DNA of 64,000 nt from Minisyncoccota bacterium (GTDB lineage Bacteria > Patescibacteriota > Minisyncoccia > Phycocordibacterales > UBA9973). The notes beneath the pieces are model-generated. The model had not been told where the DNA came from. It saw nothing but the letters and a program-made list of their open reading frames with translations, and did no database searches. A program made the translations under genes and the position numbers. The stretch covers positions 79,967-143,966 of the forward strand of contig JBAYUN010000002.1 in NCBI GenBank assembly GCA_041675085.1, in the 5' to 3' direction. Shown piece after piece: positions 19,075-27,331 of this stretch (positions within the stretch are counted from its first letter, which is position 1; every line of letters starts with the position of its first letter).

Positions 19075-19506
19075 TTATTTATTAATTTGTAAATTTCTTT
19101 TTTCTAAATATCTTTGCAAGATTATCGCCGCCGCTTTTGCATCTAGATTCTCTACTTTCCCAAAAGAAGCCGTACGAGCATTATTCCTCTCTTTGCCCAT
19201 ACGTCCATGAGCCTCAAAAGAAGTAAAAAATTCTTTTTCTTTGTGGATTTTCCCTTGCCAGACTTTTCCTAAATCCAAAATAAAATCATCAACCTTCTCA
19301 GCCAGAGAATTATTCTCTCCATTCTGATTCAGAGACTCACCAAAGACTATTTCTTCGATTTGCTCAGTATTTAAGATATTTAAAATTTTAGAAATAATAT
19401 TTTTGTCATTCGGGAGCACTTCTCGAGGAGAAGCCAAAGTAGCATTCTCGTCAGAAATAGCAATTCCTATTCTTTTTGTCCCATAATCTACCCCTAAAAT
19501 CTTCAT
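19075..19506 (-). CDS. ruvX: Holliday junction resolvase-like protein YqgF/RuvX
   Basis: The N-terminus MKILGVDYGTKRIGIAISDE is the RuvX signature. Confidence 0.8.
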   Translation of the reverse strand: MKILGVDYGTKRIGIAISDENATLASPREVLPNDKNIISKILNILNTEQIEEIVFGESLNQNGENNSLAEKVDDFILDLGKVWQGKIHKEKEFFTSFEAHGRMGKERNNARTASFGKVENLDAKAAAIILQRYLEKRNLQINK

Positions 19507-19552
19507 AATTAAGATACTAGCATAAAACCATTAACTTTGATATAATCCATGC

Positions 19553-19825
19553 ATGGATTTAATAAATGATTTATTTTTTGATAGCACAGCCCTAGGTATT
19601 ATTTTATTTACTATATTTATTATTTGGGTTTTATTCTGGAAAATATATTCAGTTTGGTTTGCTGCTAAAAGTAACAACAAAATCTGGTTTGTGATTTTAC
19701 TAGTGTTTAACACTTTTGGTATTTTGGACATAATATACGTATTTGGAGTACTAAAGAAAACCATACCTGAGGTTAAAAATGATATTTCAAAAACTTTTCA
19801 TAAAATTAAAAATAAATTAAAGTAA
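19553..19825 (+). CDS. Small two-TM membrane protein (hypothetical)
   Basis: 90 aa with two strongly hydrophobic helices. The overlapping minus-strand ORF 19531..19764 is judged spurious. Confidence 0.35.
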   Translation: MDLINDLFFDSTALGIILFTIFIIWVLFWKIYSVWFAAKSNNKIWFVILLVFNTFGILDIIYVFGVLKKTIPEVKNDISKTFHKIKNKLK

Positions 19826-19947
19826 ATAATTCTTATTCAAATTTATTTTTGTTTTCTGACTAAAACTTGAAAAAAATACAAAAATACAGTAAAGTCTAAT
19901 AAGTTCTTGGAAAAGTATAGTCATGCCAATAAATAGCTTTTAAATCA

Positions 19948-20085
19948 GAGGCGTAGCATAGTATTTAGTGTAATGGCTTAATTATTGGTAATAAGTTGAA
20001 AATAGAATAAACTTAGAGGCATAGCATGGTATTTAGTGTAATGGATTGCCTCTAGATATTAGAGTGGTATTGAAAAATAAATAAT
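19948..20085 (+). repeat. Two tandem degenerate copies of the 5' half (acceptor plus D arm) of the adjacent tRNA-Ser
   Basis: Units begin at 19948 (gaggcgtagcatagtatttagtgtaatgg) and 20016 (gaggcatagcatggtatttagtgtaatgg). Compare the tRNA start, ggaggcgtcgcatagtggtttagtgcacc. Unit 2 is closed by agaggca...tgcctct. Confidence 0.6.
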
Positions 20086-20170
20086 GGAGGCGTCGCATAG
20101 TGGTTTAGTGCACCTGTCTTGAAAACAGGAGTATCGCAAGGTACCGTGAGTTCGAATCTCACCGCCTCCG
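20086..20170 (+). tRNA. tRNA-Ser (anticodon TGA), type II
   Basis: Acceptor ggaggcg/cgcctcc, 3-bp D stem gca/tgc, anticodon stem cctgt/acagg with loop ctTGAaa, long variable arm, T arm gtgag-ttcgaat-ctcac. Confidence 0.85.
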
Positions 20171-20176
20171 CAAATT

Positions 20177-20203
20177 AAAAAGAGCCTAATTAGGCTCTTT
20201 TTA
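20177..20203 (+). terminator. Rho-independent terminator after tRNA-Ser
   Basis: Hairpin aagagcctaa-ttaggctctt followed by T-run. Confidence 0.6.
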
Positions 20204-20259
20204 ATTGAGCAAGTTAACCATAGTACTCAAATACACAAATTTAAGTTAATATTATAGAT

Positions 20260-20694
20260 ATGAGATTTTCAAATATAATATTAAATAAAGCAATAAAATC
20301 ATCAGCAGATTCAAACTTAGCATGGAAGAAAGAAGATATCTTTTCAGCGATTGATGAAGTGACAGCGAATGGCTATGCAATACTTGGTGGTGATGTTTGG
20401 GCAATCATAAAAAAAAGTAGTAGTGAACTTGTGCTGACAGATGTAGATCCTGAAAATATTGCAGTTGGTATAATAAAAGGAAAAGATGGTAAAGATGACG
20501 TGTTTAACTGGTATTCAGACAAGAAAGAAGTGGAATCATGGGAGGAATATGTAAATCGCTCAAAACAAGAAACCATAGAAGCAATTGAATCGATGAAAGC
20601 AGAAGAATCTGTTTCTAAAGAATTTCAAGACGCTATTTATTACAATTTAGTTTTTGCCAACAAGACTGAATATAATAATTTGCATAAAAAGTAG
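20260..20694 (+). CDS. Hypothetical protein
   Basis: 144-aa acidic ORF with no recognised motif. Confidence 0.45.
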   Translation: MRFSNIILNKAIKSSADSNLAWKKEDIFSAIDEVTANGYAILGGDVWAIIKKSSSELVLTDVDPENIAVGIIKGKDGKDDVFNWYSDKKEVESWEEYVNRSKQETIEAIESMKAEESVSKEFQDAIYYNLVFANKTEYNNLHKK

Positions 20695-20872
20695 ATTGCA
20701 ATCCATACACCTACTTCAAACGTTAGACATACCAAAAAGCTATTTTATCGAAAAGTACTAGCCGTAGTATCGCAGAATCTCACCATCCTTGTATTAAAAA
20801 TTTAATATCAAATTGACCTTTGTATTACATGAGTCATGTGACCCAATTATTTAAATAAGTTATAATTCAATC

Positions 20873-21394
20873 ATGAAAACATTTATCTACGGAGTGCCAG
20901 GAGTCGGCAAAACTACATATAGTATAAATCTTCAAAAACAAAACAGTTTTCCTGTCGTCGAAGGAGATGTTCTTAGAGGGCTTGCTCAGCAAGGTAAAAC
21001 TAAAGAAGAAGCACCTTTTGCTTATATGGGGATCAGTGGTGCGTTTCGAAAATTTGGTGAACTGACAGAAGAAAATGTGATAAAAGGATTGAAGGCTGTA
21101 AGAAATAATATGGTCCAGCACATAAACGAAGAAATAGAAAAATATCCAAATGAGCTAATATTAGAGTGCGCCTTTTTAAACCCAGAACAAGTAATTGGTA
21201 AAGGTAAAATATTTTTATTAATTAAAACAGATGAGGAAAGTCACAGAAAACAGTTCTTTGCCCATCGAGAAGAGAATGAAAAGAGTTTAGAACATTTTAA
21301 AGCATCTCGAATGATTCAAGATTATTTAATCGAAGAAGCCAAAAATTTCCCAATCAAAATTATTGAAAATAATTTTGATTTTCAAACAATGTAG
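20873..21394 (+). CDS. P-loop NTPase / nucleotide kinase-like protein
   Basis: N-terminal Walker A FIYGVPGVGKTTYSINL. The size (173 aa) is consistent with the small adenylate/nucleoside kinase fold. Confidence 0.5.
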   Translation: MKTFIYGVPGVGKTTYSINLQKQNSFPVVEGDVLRGLAQQGKTKEEAPFAYMGISGAFRKFGELTEENVIKGLKAVRNNMVQHINEEIEKYPNELILECAFLNPEQVIGKGKIFLLIKTDEESHRKQFFAHREENEKSLEHFKASRMIQDYLIEEAKNFPIKIIENNFDFQTM

Positions 21395-21448
21395 GGAATA
21401 TTTATACTACTTACCAAACTGAATATCGAATATGCTATAATTATAAAT

Positions 21449-21811
21449 ATGGAAGAACTAAAAAATACAATTCACGAACTAGAAACCTCACTTTTAAAAC
21501 CAGAAGTTAGGTCTTCTTTTGATAAATTAAACTTGCTACTTGCTGATGATTTTAAAGAGTTTGGAAGCTCTGGGTTAATTTATGATAAAAAACATATACT
21601 TGAAAGACTTCCCTCAAATACAAATAATGTTGTTTATATTGTTAGTGATTTTGAAATCAAAATTTTATCAGCAGATATTATCATGACAAATTTTAAAACA
21701 GACAGAACTATTAATGATACGGAAAAAGTATCTTCATTAAGAACATCTTTATGGAGAAAAGAAGAAAATGGTTGGAGAATGTTTTTTCATCAAGGAACAC
21801 AAACTCAGTAA
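21449..21811 (+). CDS. NTF2-like / SnoaL-like (DUF4440-type) protein
   Basis: 120 aa. LLADDFKEFGSSG...WRKEENGWRMFFHQGT is the characteristic DUF4440 pattern. Confidence 0.55.
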   Translation: MEELKNTIHELETSLLKPEVRSSFDKLNLLLADDFKEFGSSGLIYDKKHILERLPSNTNNVVYIVSDFEIKILSADIIMTNFKTDRTINDTEKVSSLRTSLWRKEENGWRMFFHQGTQTQ

Positions 21812-21906
21812 TTATATTATGTTTTATGTTAAAACATAACGCTTTAGGTAACAATTACAAATCAAAAAAACACATTAATAAAATAATGTGTTTTTTATTG
21901 ATTAAA

Positions 21907-22653
21907 TTATTTACCCTCAACAAAAACAATCATCGCGTCATGCATAAACTTGGCGAGACCTTTTTTGTAATTTTCGAAATACTGAGTAAACCTAGTATCA
22001 CTTATATACATCTCCGCCAAACCTCTATACATTTCTGGATTCGGTGTATAAAAATTTGATAAATGTTTATAGTGGATAGCAATCACCTCTTGGACTTCTT
22101 TATCTCTCACATCTCTATCGATCAACAGAGAGGCTTTTCTAGCAATCTCATCACCTTCTTTTTTAATTTGATCCATCCCCTCTTTTGTCATACTTCGCAT
22201 TTTTTGCTCAGACTCTTTATATGCAGATGTATGACCCCAACGCTCTTTGGCTTCATTCGCCAATTCTTCCATTTCTTTTTTTGTAAATGAATCGTACAAT
22301 TCTTCATCTTTCATATATTTTTTCTTTGTTACTTTATTAATTGTTTTATCTATCGTCTTAATCAAAGAATCAAGCCTTTTTCTTTTTAAGAGAATCATTT
22401 GTTTATGATCTTTTAAAGCACTCGAAATATCAAAGTCCTCCCTCTCGAGAATATTCTTGATATCGTCCAATGCAAAATCCAATTCTCGAAAAAACAAAAT
22501 CTGTTGTAATTTCAAAAGATCTTTTTCTTCATAAATTCTATATTTATTTTTTTGATTTCTTTTAGATACAAGTAGCCCAAACTTATCATAATGATGCAAA
22601 GTTCGGACACTAATATTAGCTATTTTGGCAAGTTGATTTATTGTATAAGGCAT
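21907..22653 (-). CDS. MerR-family transcriptional regulator with C-terminal TipAS-like effector domain
   Basis: The N-terminus YTINQLAKIANISVRTLHHYDKFGLL is a MerR HTH. It has a long C-terminal domain with TipAS-like features. Confidence 0.7.
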   Translation of the reverse strand: MPYTINQLAKIANISVRTLHHYDKFGLLVSKRNQKNKYRIYEEKDLLKLQQILFFRELDFALDDIKNILEREDFDISSALKDHKQMILLKRKRLDSLIKTIDKTINKVTKKKYMKDEELYDSFTKKEMEELANEAKERWGHTSAYKESEQKMRSMTKEGMDQIKKEGDEIARKASLLIDRDVRDKEVQEVIAIHYKHLSNFYTPNPEMYRGLAEMYISDTRFTQYFENYKKGLAKFMHDAMIVFVEGK

Positions 22654-22696
22654 AGTTTTTCAAAATCTATATGATGCCGACCATCATCACAACAGT

Positions 22697-22727
22697 ATCA
22701 TAAACTATGACGCAACGTCAAAGTCAA
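22697..22727 (-). promoter_or_regulatory. MerR-type promoter with dyad operator within a 19-bp spacer
   Basis: Minus strand reads TTGACT - ttgacgttgcgtcatagtt - TATGAT, about 44 nt upstream of the MerR ATG. The spacer contains the palindrome tgacg-ttg-cgtca. Confidence 0.5.
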
Positions 22728-22735
22728 GCTTTATT

Positions 22736-22775
22736 AAAATAGCCAAATAAATTTTATTTATTTGGCTATTTTAAT
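22736..22775. terminator. Hairpin terminator between the MerR promoter region and the SRPBCC gene
   Basis: atagccaaataaa-ttt-tatttatttggctat followed by T-run. Confidence 0.5.
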
Positions 22776-22797
22776 TCTTATTTTAAATTGTTAACTT

Positions 22798-23253
22798 TTA
22801 TCCCCTCTCCGCAATCTCCTTCAATTTCTCTAAAGCTTTAGGCCAAGTTTCCATGAACATGTCATAATACTCATCAGTTGCATCCATATCCAAAGTAAAC
22901 AAAGTTCCGCCGTCTTTCTCTTCAAAAGAATAATTCTCATGACTCGGAGTCCATTTCTTCACCTCTTCGCTTGTCGTATCTTCTACCCCGTTATTTATCA
23001 CGCCGTTATGTTTGATAGAGATATATTTGTGTGGGATATTCTCGGCTATTTCGCTGACCATACCGCCTTCTTCTCCAGTCTCAGGATTTGGACCCAAGAA
23101 AAGGATTTTAGACCCCTTACTCCAATCCCCCTTAAAATAAGATCCCGGGCAAAAAGCCGATGTCCATTCTCTATAACTCTCATCATTGATAACAGTATTC
23201 CAAACCTTCTCCACTGGAGCATTGATATATGTACTCAAATTTATTTTTTTCAT
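22798..23253 (-). CDS. SRPBCC-superfamily protein (AHSA1 / polyketide-cyclase-like)
   Basis: 151 aa. The N-terminus LSTYINAPVEKVWNTVINDESYREW is typical of SRPBCC proteins. Confidence 0.6.
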   Translation of the reverse strand: MKKINLSTYINAPVEKVWNTVINDESYREWTSAFCPGSYFKGDWSKGSKILFLGPNPETGEEGGMVSEIAENIPHKYISIKHNGVINNGVEDTTSEEVKKWTPSHENYSFEEKDGGTLFTLDMDATDEYYDMFMETWPKALEKLKEIAERG

Positions 23254-23267
23254 CCTGTAGTGAATTT

Positions 23268-23540
23268 TTAATTTGTTAAATTTTTCGACTTGTATAAATA
23301 ATCTTTTATCCTTCTTTTAATTAACCTGTTTCCTTGTGTAGTTTTTAAGTACTTCTCTCGTCTCTTTGCGTCACTCTCTTCTGTGCATGCTTCATAATAT
23401 ATTATATCCCACGGTATGTATCTTTTAGTAGAAAAATTTAACCCTTGATTATGTTCTAATATTCTCTTCCTTAGATCAATAGTATAACCTATATAAAGTT
23501 CTTTATTTTTATTACTTTGTAGTATATATACGTAGAACAT
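23268..23540 (-). CDS. Small GIY-YIG nuclease-domain protein (YhbQ-like)
   Basis: 90 aa. FYVYILQS...LYIGYTIDLRKRILEHNQG matches the GIY-YIG signature. Confidence 0.7.
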   Translation of the reverse strand: MFYVYILQSNKNKELYIGYTIDLRKRILEHNQGLNFSTKRYIPWDIIYYEACTEESDAKRREKYLKTTQGNRLIKRRIKDYLYKSKNLTN

Positions 23541-23661
23541 AATCGAATTAAAAATCTACTACGGGATTCATATTTTTATTATAGCTAATTCAATATACAA
23601 AAAACAACAAAATTTTCTGTTTCTGCTATAATAAAATCATTAACAATAACTATCTAATTTT

Positions 23662-24054
23662 ATGGAAAAACACACAGAAGAATTTATATTACGTTCAGAT
23701 TCAAAAGCTCTAGCTACCTATGGAGCCAAAGGTATTAACGTTATCCCAGTCTCCTCTCTCAAAATTGTCGATGGAGAAATATGGCTTATCAATTACTTCA
23801 TGGATAAAACTTTAGAAAATATTTTAGAGAACAAAGAAGTAGGGCTCGTTTGTTGGTCAAAAATGTTTGGTTATCAGATTAAGGGTGAAGCTTCTTATCT
23901 CGAAGAAGGAGAGAAATTTATACAAGCTAAAGATTGGATCAAAGAAATACTCCCAGAGAGAATAGTCAAAGGATTAATAATTATTAAACCTAAAGAAATA
24001 TTCGATATCGCTCCTACAAAAAATACTAATGAATTTGATTTTAATAGAAGATAA
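23662..24054 (+). CDS. Pyridoxamine 5'-phosphate oxidase-like FMN-binding split-barrel protein
   Basis: 130 aa with the PNPOx-like pattern LRSDSKALATYGAKGINVIPVS...VGLVCW. Confidence 0.5.
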   Translation: MEKHTEEFILRSDSKALATYGAKGINVIPVSSLKIVDGEIWLINYFMDKTLENILENKEVGLVCWSKMFGYQIKGEASYLEEGEKFIQAKDWIKEILPERIVKGLIIIKPKEIFDIAPTKNTNEFDFNRR

Positions 24055-24059
24055 TATTT

Positions 24060-25697
24060 CTATTTCCAAACATCTTCATCTTTAAAATCCAAAAACTTTA
24101 ATATCTCTCTTGTGTTCTTGAATACTTTGCCTTTTTCTATTAATTGATTAAAGGTCTCCCCTTTTTTGAGCTCGTTCTCTACAGGTTGAGTCACACTCGA
24201 GACATATACTTTGATCCCATTCTTTTGTAGATTTTGAACAATATGATCAAAAGCATAAACACCTTCAAGGTCGATAAAAGCCAATTCTCTCATACGTAAA
24301 ATAATAGTCTTGAACATATCAGAATGACCTTCGAGTCTCTCGGTATGAGCTTCGATATTCATATAAGCGAATTCACCTTTCATAGAGTAGACTAAGACTT
24401 CGCATTTCTCTTTAAAGCATTCAGACTCCTCTTCATAATACCTATGCATGATTTTCTTGTCTTCACTGTTAGTAGTCATCTCAAATTGGCCTTTCGATAA
24501 TTTCTCAACAAAGAAAAGCAAAGCTAAAATAGAACCGATAAGAAGCCCGACTACAGTATCCACAGCGATCATCACAAAAGCAGTAAAGATAGCTAGCCAA
24601 AAGTCTTTGCGAGCTTTATGCCAAAGTATAACAAAGCTCTTGATCTCTATCATACGAATAGAAGCAAAGACTAAGATAGAAGCGATCACAGCCATAGGCA
24701 AATAAGCAAAATAATTAAAAAAGAAAATACAAATAAAAGCGACAGCAATAGCATTGATAGTCGCTGAGATTTTATGAGTAGCGCCCGCTTTGACGTTGAG
24801 ACTAGTACGGACGAATACTCCCGTCGCCGGCAATCCCCCGAAAAGCCCAGACCCGATATTGGCGAGTGATAGTCCGAGCATTTCTTTTCTTGCTTTAAAT
24901 TTTGTATTGGTCATATTGTCGGCTATCTTGGCAGAAATCAAAGTCTCAAGAATAGCGATAAAAGCAACACCAAGAGCTGGAGTCAAAAGAGATAAATCAA
25001 AACTAAAACTTGGTAATGAAAAAAGATTGATAGATACGTCGCTAAATCTATCCTGCAAAGTATCAACTCCAGAAAAAAGTCCCCTAGTCTTTATCAAATA
25101 GCCTAGCATGATACCTAAAGGTGTCACAGCGATAATAGCCGGTACTTTAGGCAACAATCTAACCAAGACAAATAAAGCTATTAAGAAAAATAAAAAGATA
25201 GAAAAAGTAGGTAGATGAATTTCTGAAATATGACTAAAAGTCGCCAAAACTCCAGAAATAAATTCTGAATGCTTTGGTAAATCTTTTAAACCAAAAGCAA
25301 AGTTCAATTGGCCTAGACCGATCATAAAAGCAACACCCAAAGAAAAACCATGCATCACTGTAGCAGGCACCAAGACTAAATACCTTTCGAGTTTGAGAAT
25401 ATAAGATATCAAAATAAAAATACCTGAGAAAATAGCTAGCATAGGCATCATCTCCATACCATGACTAATGCTAAACGCCATCAATAGCCCAGTCAGAGCT
25501 CCCGCTGGACCGACGATATTAAAATTGCTTCCTCCAAAGATTGAAGCAAAGAGACCTGCCCAGACCGCCGTAATAATACCCATACTAGGGCTAGCTCCTG
25601 AGGCTACCGCCAGAGATACGGACAAAGGCACAGAGATAAGAGCTACAGTCAAACCAGACTTCCAATTTGCAAAAATACGTTCTTTAATAAGTTTCAT
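24060..25697 (-). CDS. SulP-family anion (sulfate/bicarbonate) permease with C-terminal STAS domain
   Basis: 545 aa. N-terminal GLTVALISVPLSVSLAVASGASP SulP motif, about 11 TM segments, C-terminal soluble domain. Confidence 0.8.
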   Translation of the reverse strand: MKLIKERIFANWKSGLTVALISVPLSVSLAVASGASPSMGIITAVWAGLFASIFGGSNFNIVGPAGALTGLLMAFSISHGMEMMPMLAIFSGIFILISYILKLERYLVLVPATVMHGFSLGVAFMIGLGQLNFAFGLKDLPKHSEFISGVLATFSHISEIHLPTFSIFLFFLIALFVLVRLLPKVPAIIAVTPLGIMLGYLIKTRGLFSGVDTLQDRFSDVSINLFSLPSFSFDLSLLTPALGVAFIAILETLISAKIADNMTNTKFKARKEMLGLSLANIGSGLFGGLPATGVFVRTSLNVKAGATHKISATINAIAVAFICIFFFNYFAYLPMAVIASILVFASIRMIEIKSFVILWHKARKDFWLAIFTAFVMIAVDTVVGLLIGSILALLFFVEKLSKGQFEMTTNSEDKKIMHRYYEEESECFKEKCEVLVYSMKGEFAYMNIEAHTERLEGHSDMFKTIILRMRELAFIDLEGVYAFDHIVQNLQKNGIKVYVSSVTQPVENELKKGETFNQLIEKGKVFKNTREILKFLDFKDEDVWK

Positions 25698-25780
25698 AAT
25701 TTATTTTTTTTAATTATTTATAGACAATAAACAATCTTACTCCTATTAAAATTTAAGGCAAGTCCTAGCTGTGAATACAA

Positions 25781-25812
25781 AAAACTCTAGACTTTAAGCC
25801 TAGAGTTTTTTG
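25781..25812. terminator. Bidirectional rho-independent terminator
   Basis: aactctag-actttaagc-ctagagtt followed by T-run. Confidence 0.6.
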
Positions 25813-25833
25813 TTTGTAATATTTTAGAAATAT

Positions 25834-26844
25834 TTAGTAAAGATAATTTCTTGTATTTCTACCTACGATACCGTCAGGGAAAAGTCCGTTTGCTCTTTGC
25901 AATAATACAACTGCGTTTCTAGTACTTACATCAAAGTAAGAACTAGTACTAGTGTTATATAGATAACCCTTGTTCATAAGGTATGATTGCAAACAAGATA
26001 CATCAGCTCCAGACATTCCGTATTTCAAAGTACGAGAAATATAACAAGTACCAGATGTAGATGCACCTAAAACAGATCCAGAACTGATAATGTTATTACC
26101 ATTTACAGTTATGTTTATAGTATTACAGTTATTTGAAGTGTTTGAGTAATTGTTGTAATAATTATTTTGACAAATAGTAATCACAGAAGTACCAGTAGTA
26201 AGACCAGTGATAGTCACAGAACCGTTATTGGTATTGTAATTTGTATTTGTATAATAATTTGATCCATAGTAACAAGGTTGACCTGTTAGAGGATTGTATT
26301 GATCGTACTGACCACATCCAGTATTGATAGTATTAGATGACAAGATAGCATTAGCTACGTTTGGATTTGAATTACTTGAGACATATACCCCACTCGCACC
26401 GTTTGCCATACTGATAGTAGCAGAACCAAAAACAGGAATAGACAAACTTGAAATAGTGAAATTATTATTTGCAACAACATTATTATTGTTGTTGTTATTG
26501 TTTTGATAATACGTATTTGGCCAAATTGCAGAATTTGATTGTTGATTGTTTACAATCACATAAACTGAATTACCTTGTACAATATTGTAGTTTGTAGTAC
26601 TCAAAGTAGTATAAAAATAACCTACGTTATTAGTAGTACCCAAGTACACATTTTGCAAACCATAATTTGAACTATAGTATAGGTTCACAGAAGAATTCGC
26701 ATCCCCATATACTGTTAGGGTTACGTTGTTAGTATTTATCAATGACAAAGACAAAGTCGGAGTCATAGCCAAAACACTAGAAGATATCCCAAAAAACGCT
26801 GATAAAATAAGACCTAAAACAAACAATTTATTATAAATTTTCAT
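25834..26844 (-). CDS. Secreted N-rich surface protein with C-terminal peptidoglycan-binding (PG_binding_1-like) domain
   Basis: Signal peptide, an Asn/Tyr/Thr-rich body including an N9 run, and the C-terminal motif LQSYLMNKGYL...DGIVGRNT. Confidence 0.55.
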   Translation of the reverse strand: MKIYNKLFVLGLILSAFFGISSSVLAMTPTLSLSLINTNNVTLTVYGDANSSVNLYYSSNYGLQNVYLGTTNNVGYFYTTLSTTNYNIVQGNSVYVIVNNQQSNSAIWPNTYYQNNNNNNNNVVANNNFTISSLSIPVFGSATISMANGASGVYVSSNSNPNVANAILSSNTINTGCGQYDQYNPLTGQPCYYGSNYYTNTNYNTNNGSVTITGLTTGTSVITICQNNYYNNYSNTSNNCNTINITVNGNNIISSGSVLGASTSGTCYISRTLKYGMSGADVSCLQSYLMNKGYLYNTSTSSYFDVSTRNAVVLLQRANGLFPDGIVGRNTRNYLY

Positions 26845-26889
26845 AAATTTTAATGATTAATACTGATAATACTACCTATATTATGCATA

Positions 26890-27288
26890 TTACTCTTTTT
26901 TTGCGATTTGGCTAGTATATTTCTGAATAAAGAAAAATCTACCCATAAAGAGAAGCATCACTGCAAAAACCAAAAGAACTAATTCTAGAGAAGAATCTTC
27001 GAACAAAAGTATCTTGCGAGCAATCACGAAAACCAAAAGTTCGATAACAGTATTCATATTATATGATATCAATAGTCGAGCGAGCTCCACCCCAACAGCA
27101 AGATGCAAGATGAATTCCATGAATTCTATGAAAGTAGCCATTTGAGTCCAGTCACTACTAAAAAATATCGGCACTTGGTAAACAAAAGTTGCCAAAACTC
27201 CTAAGATCACAACACCAGCCAAAAAAAGCTCAATAGCGTGAAGGAAAGATTTTTGTTTTTCTAAATGAATATTCACTAGATTTCTCAT
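26890..27288 (-). CDS. Small polytopic membrane protein, PsiE-like
   Basis: 132 aa with four hydrophobic helices. Length and pattern resemble the phosphate-starvation-inducible PsiE family. Confidence 0.35.
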   Translation of the reverse strand: MRNLVNIHLEKQKSFLHAIELFLAGVVILGVLATFVYQVPIFFSSDWTQMATFIEFMEFILHLAVGVELARLLISYNMNTVIELLVFVIARKILLFEDSSLELVLLVFAVMLLFMGRFFFIQKYTSQIAKKE

Positions 27289-27331
27289 TACTATAATAAT
27301 AACACAAAATCTATTTTTTTACAAATAAAGT

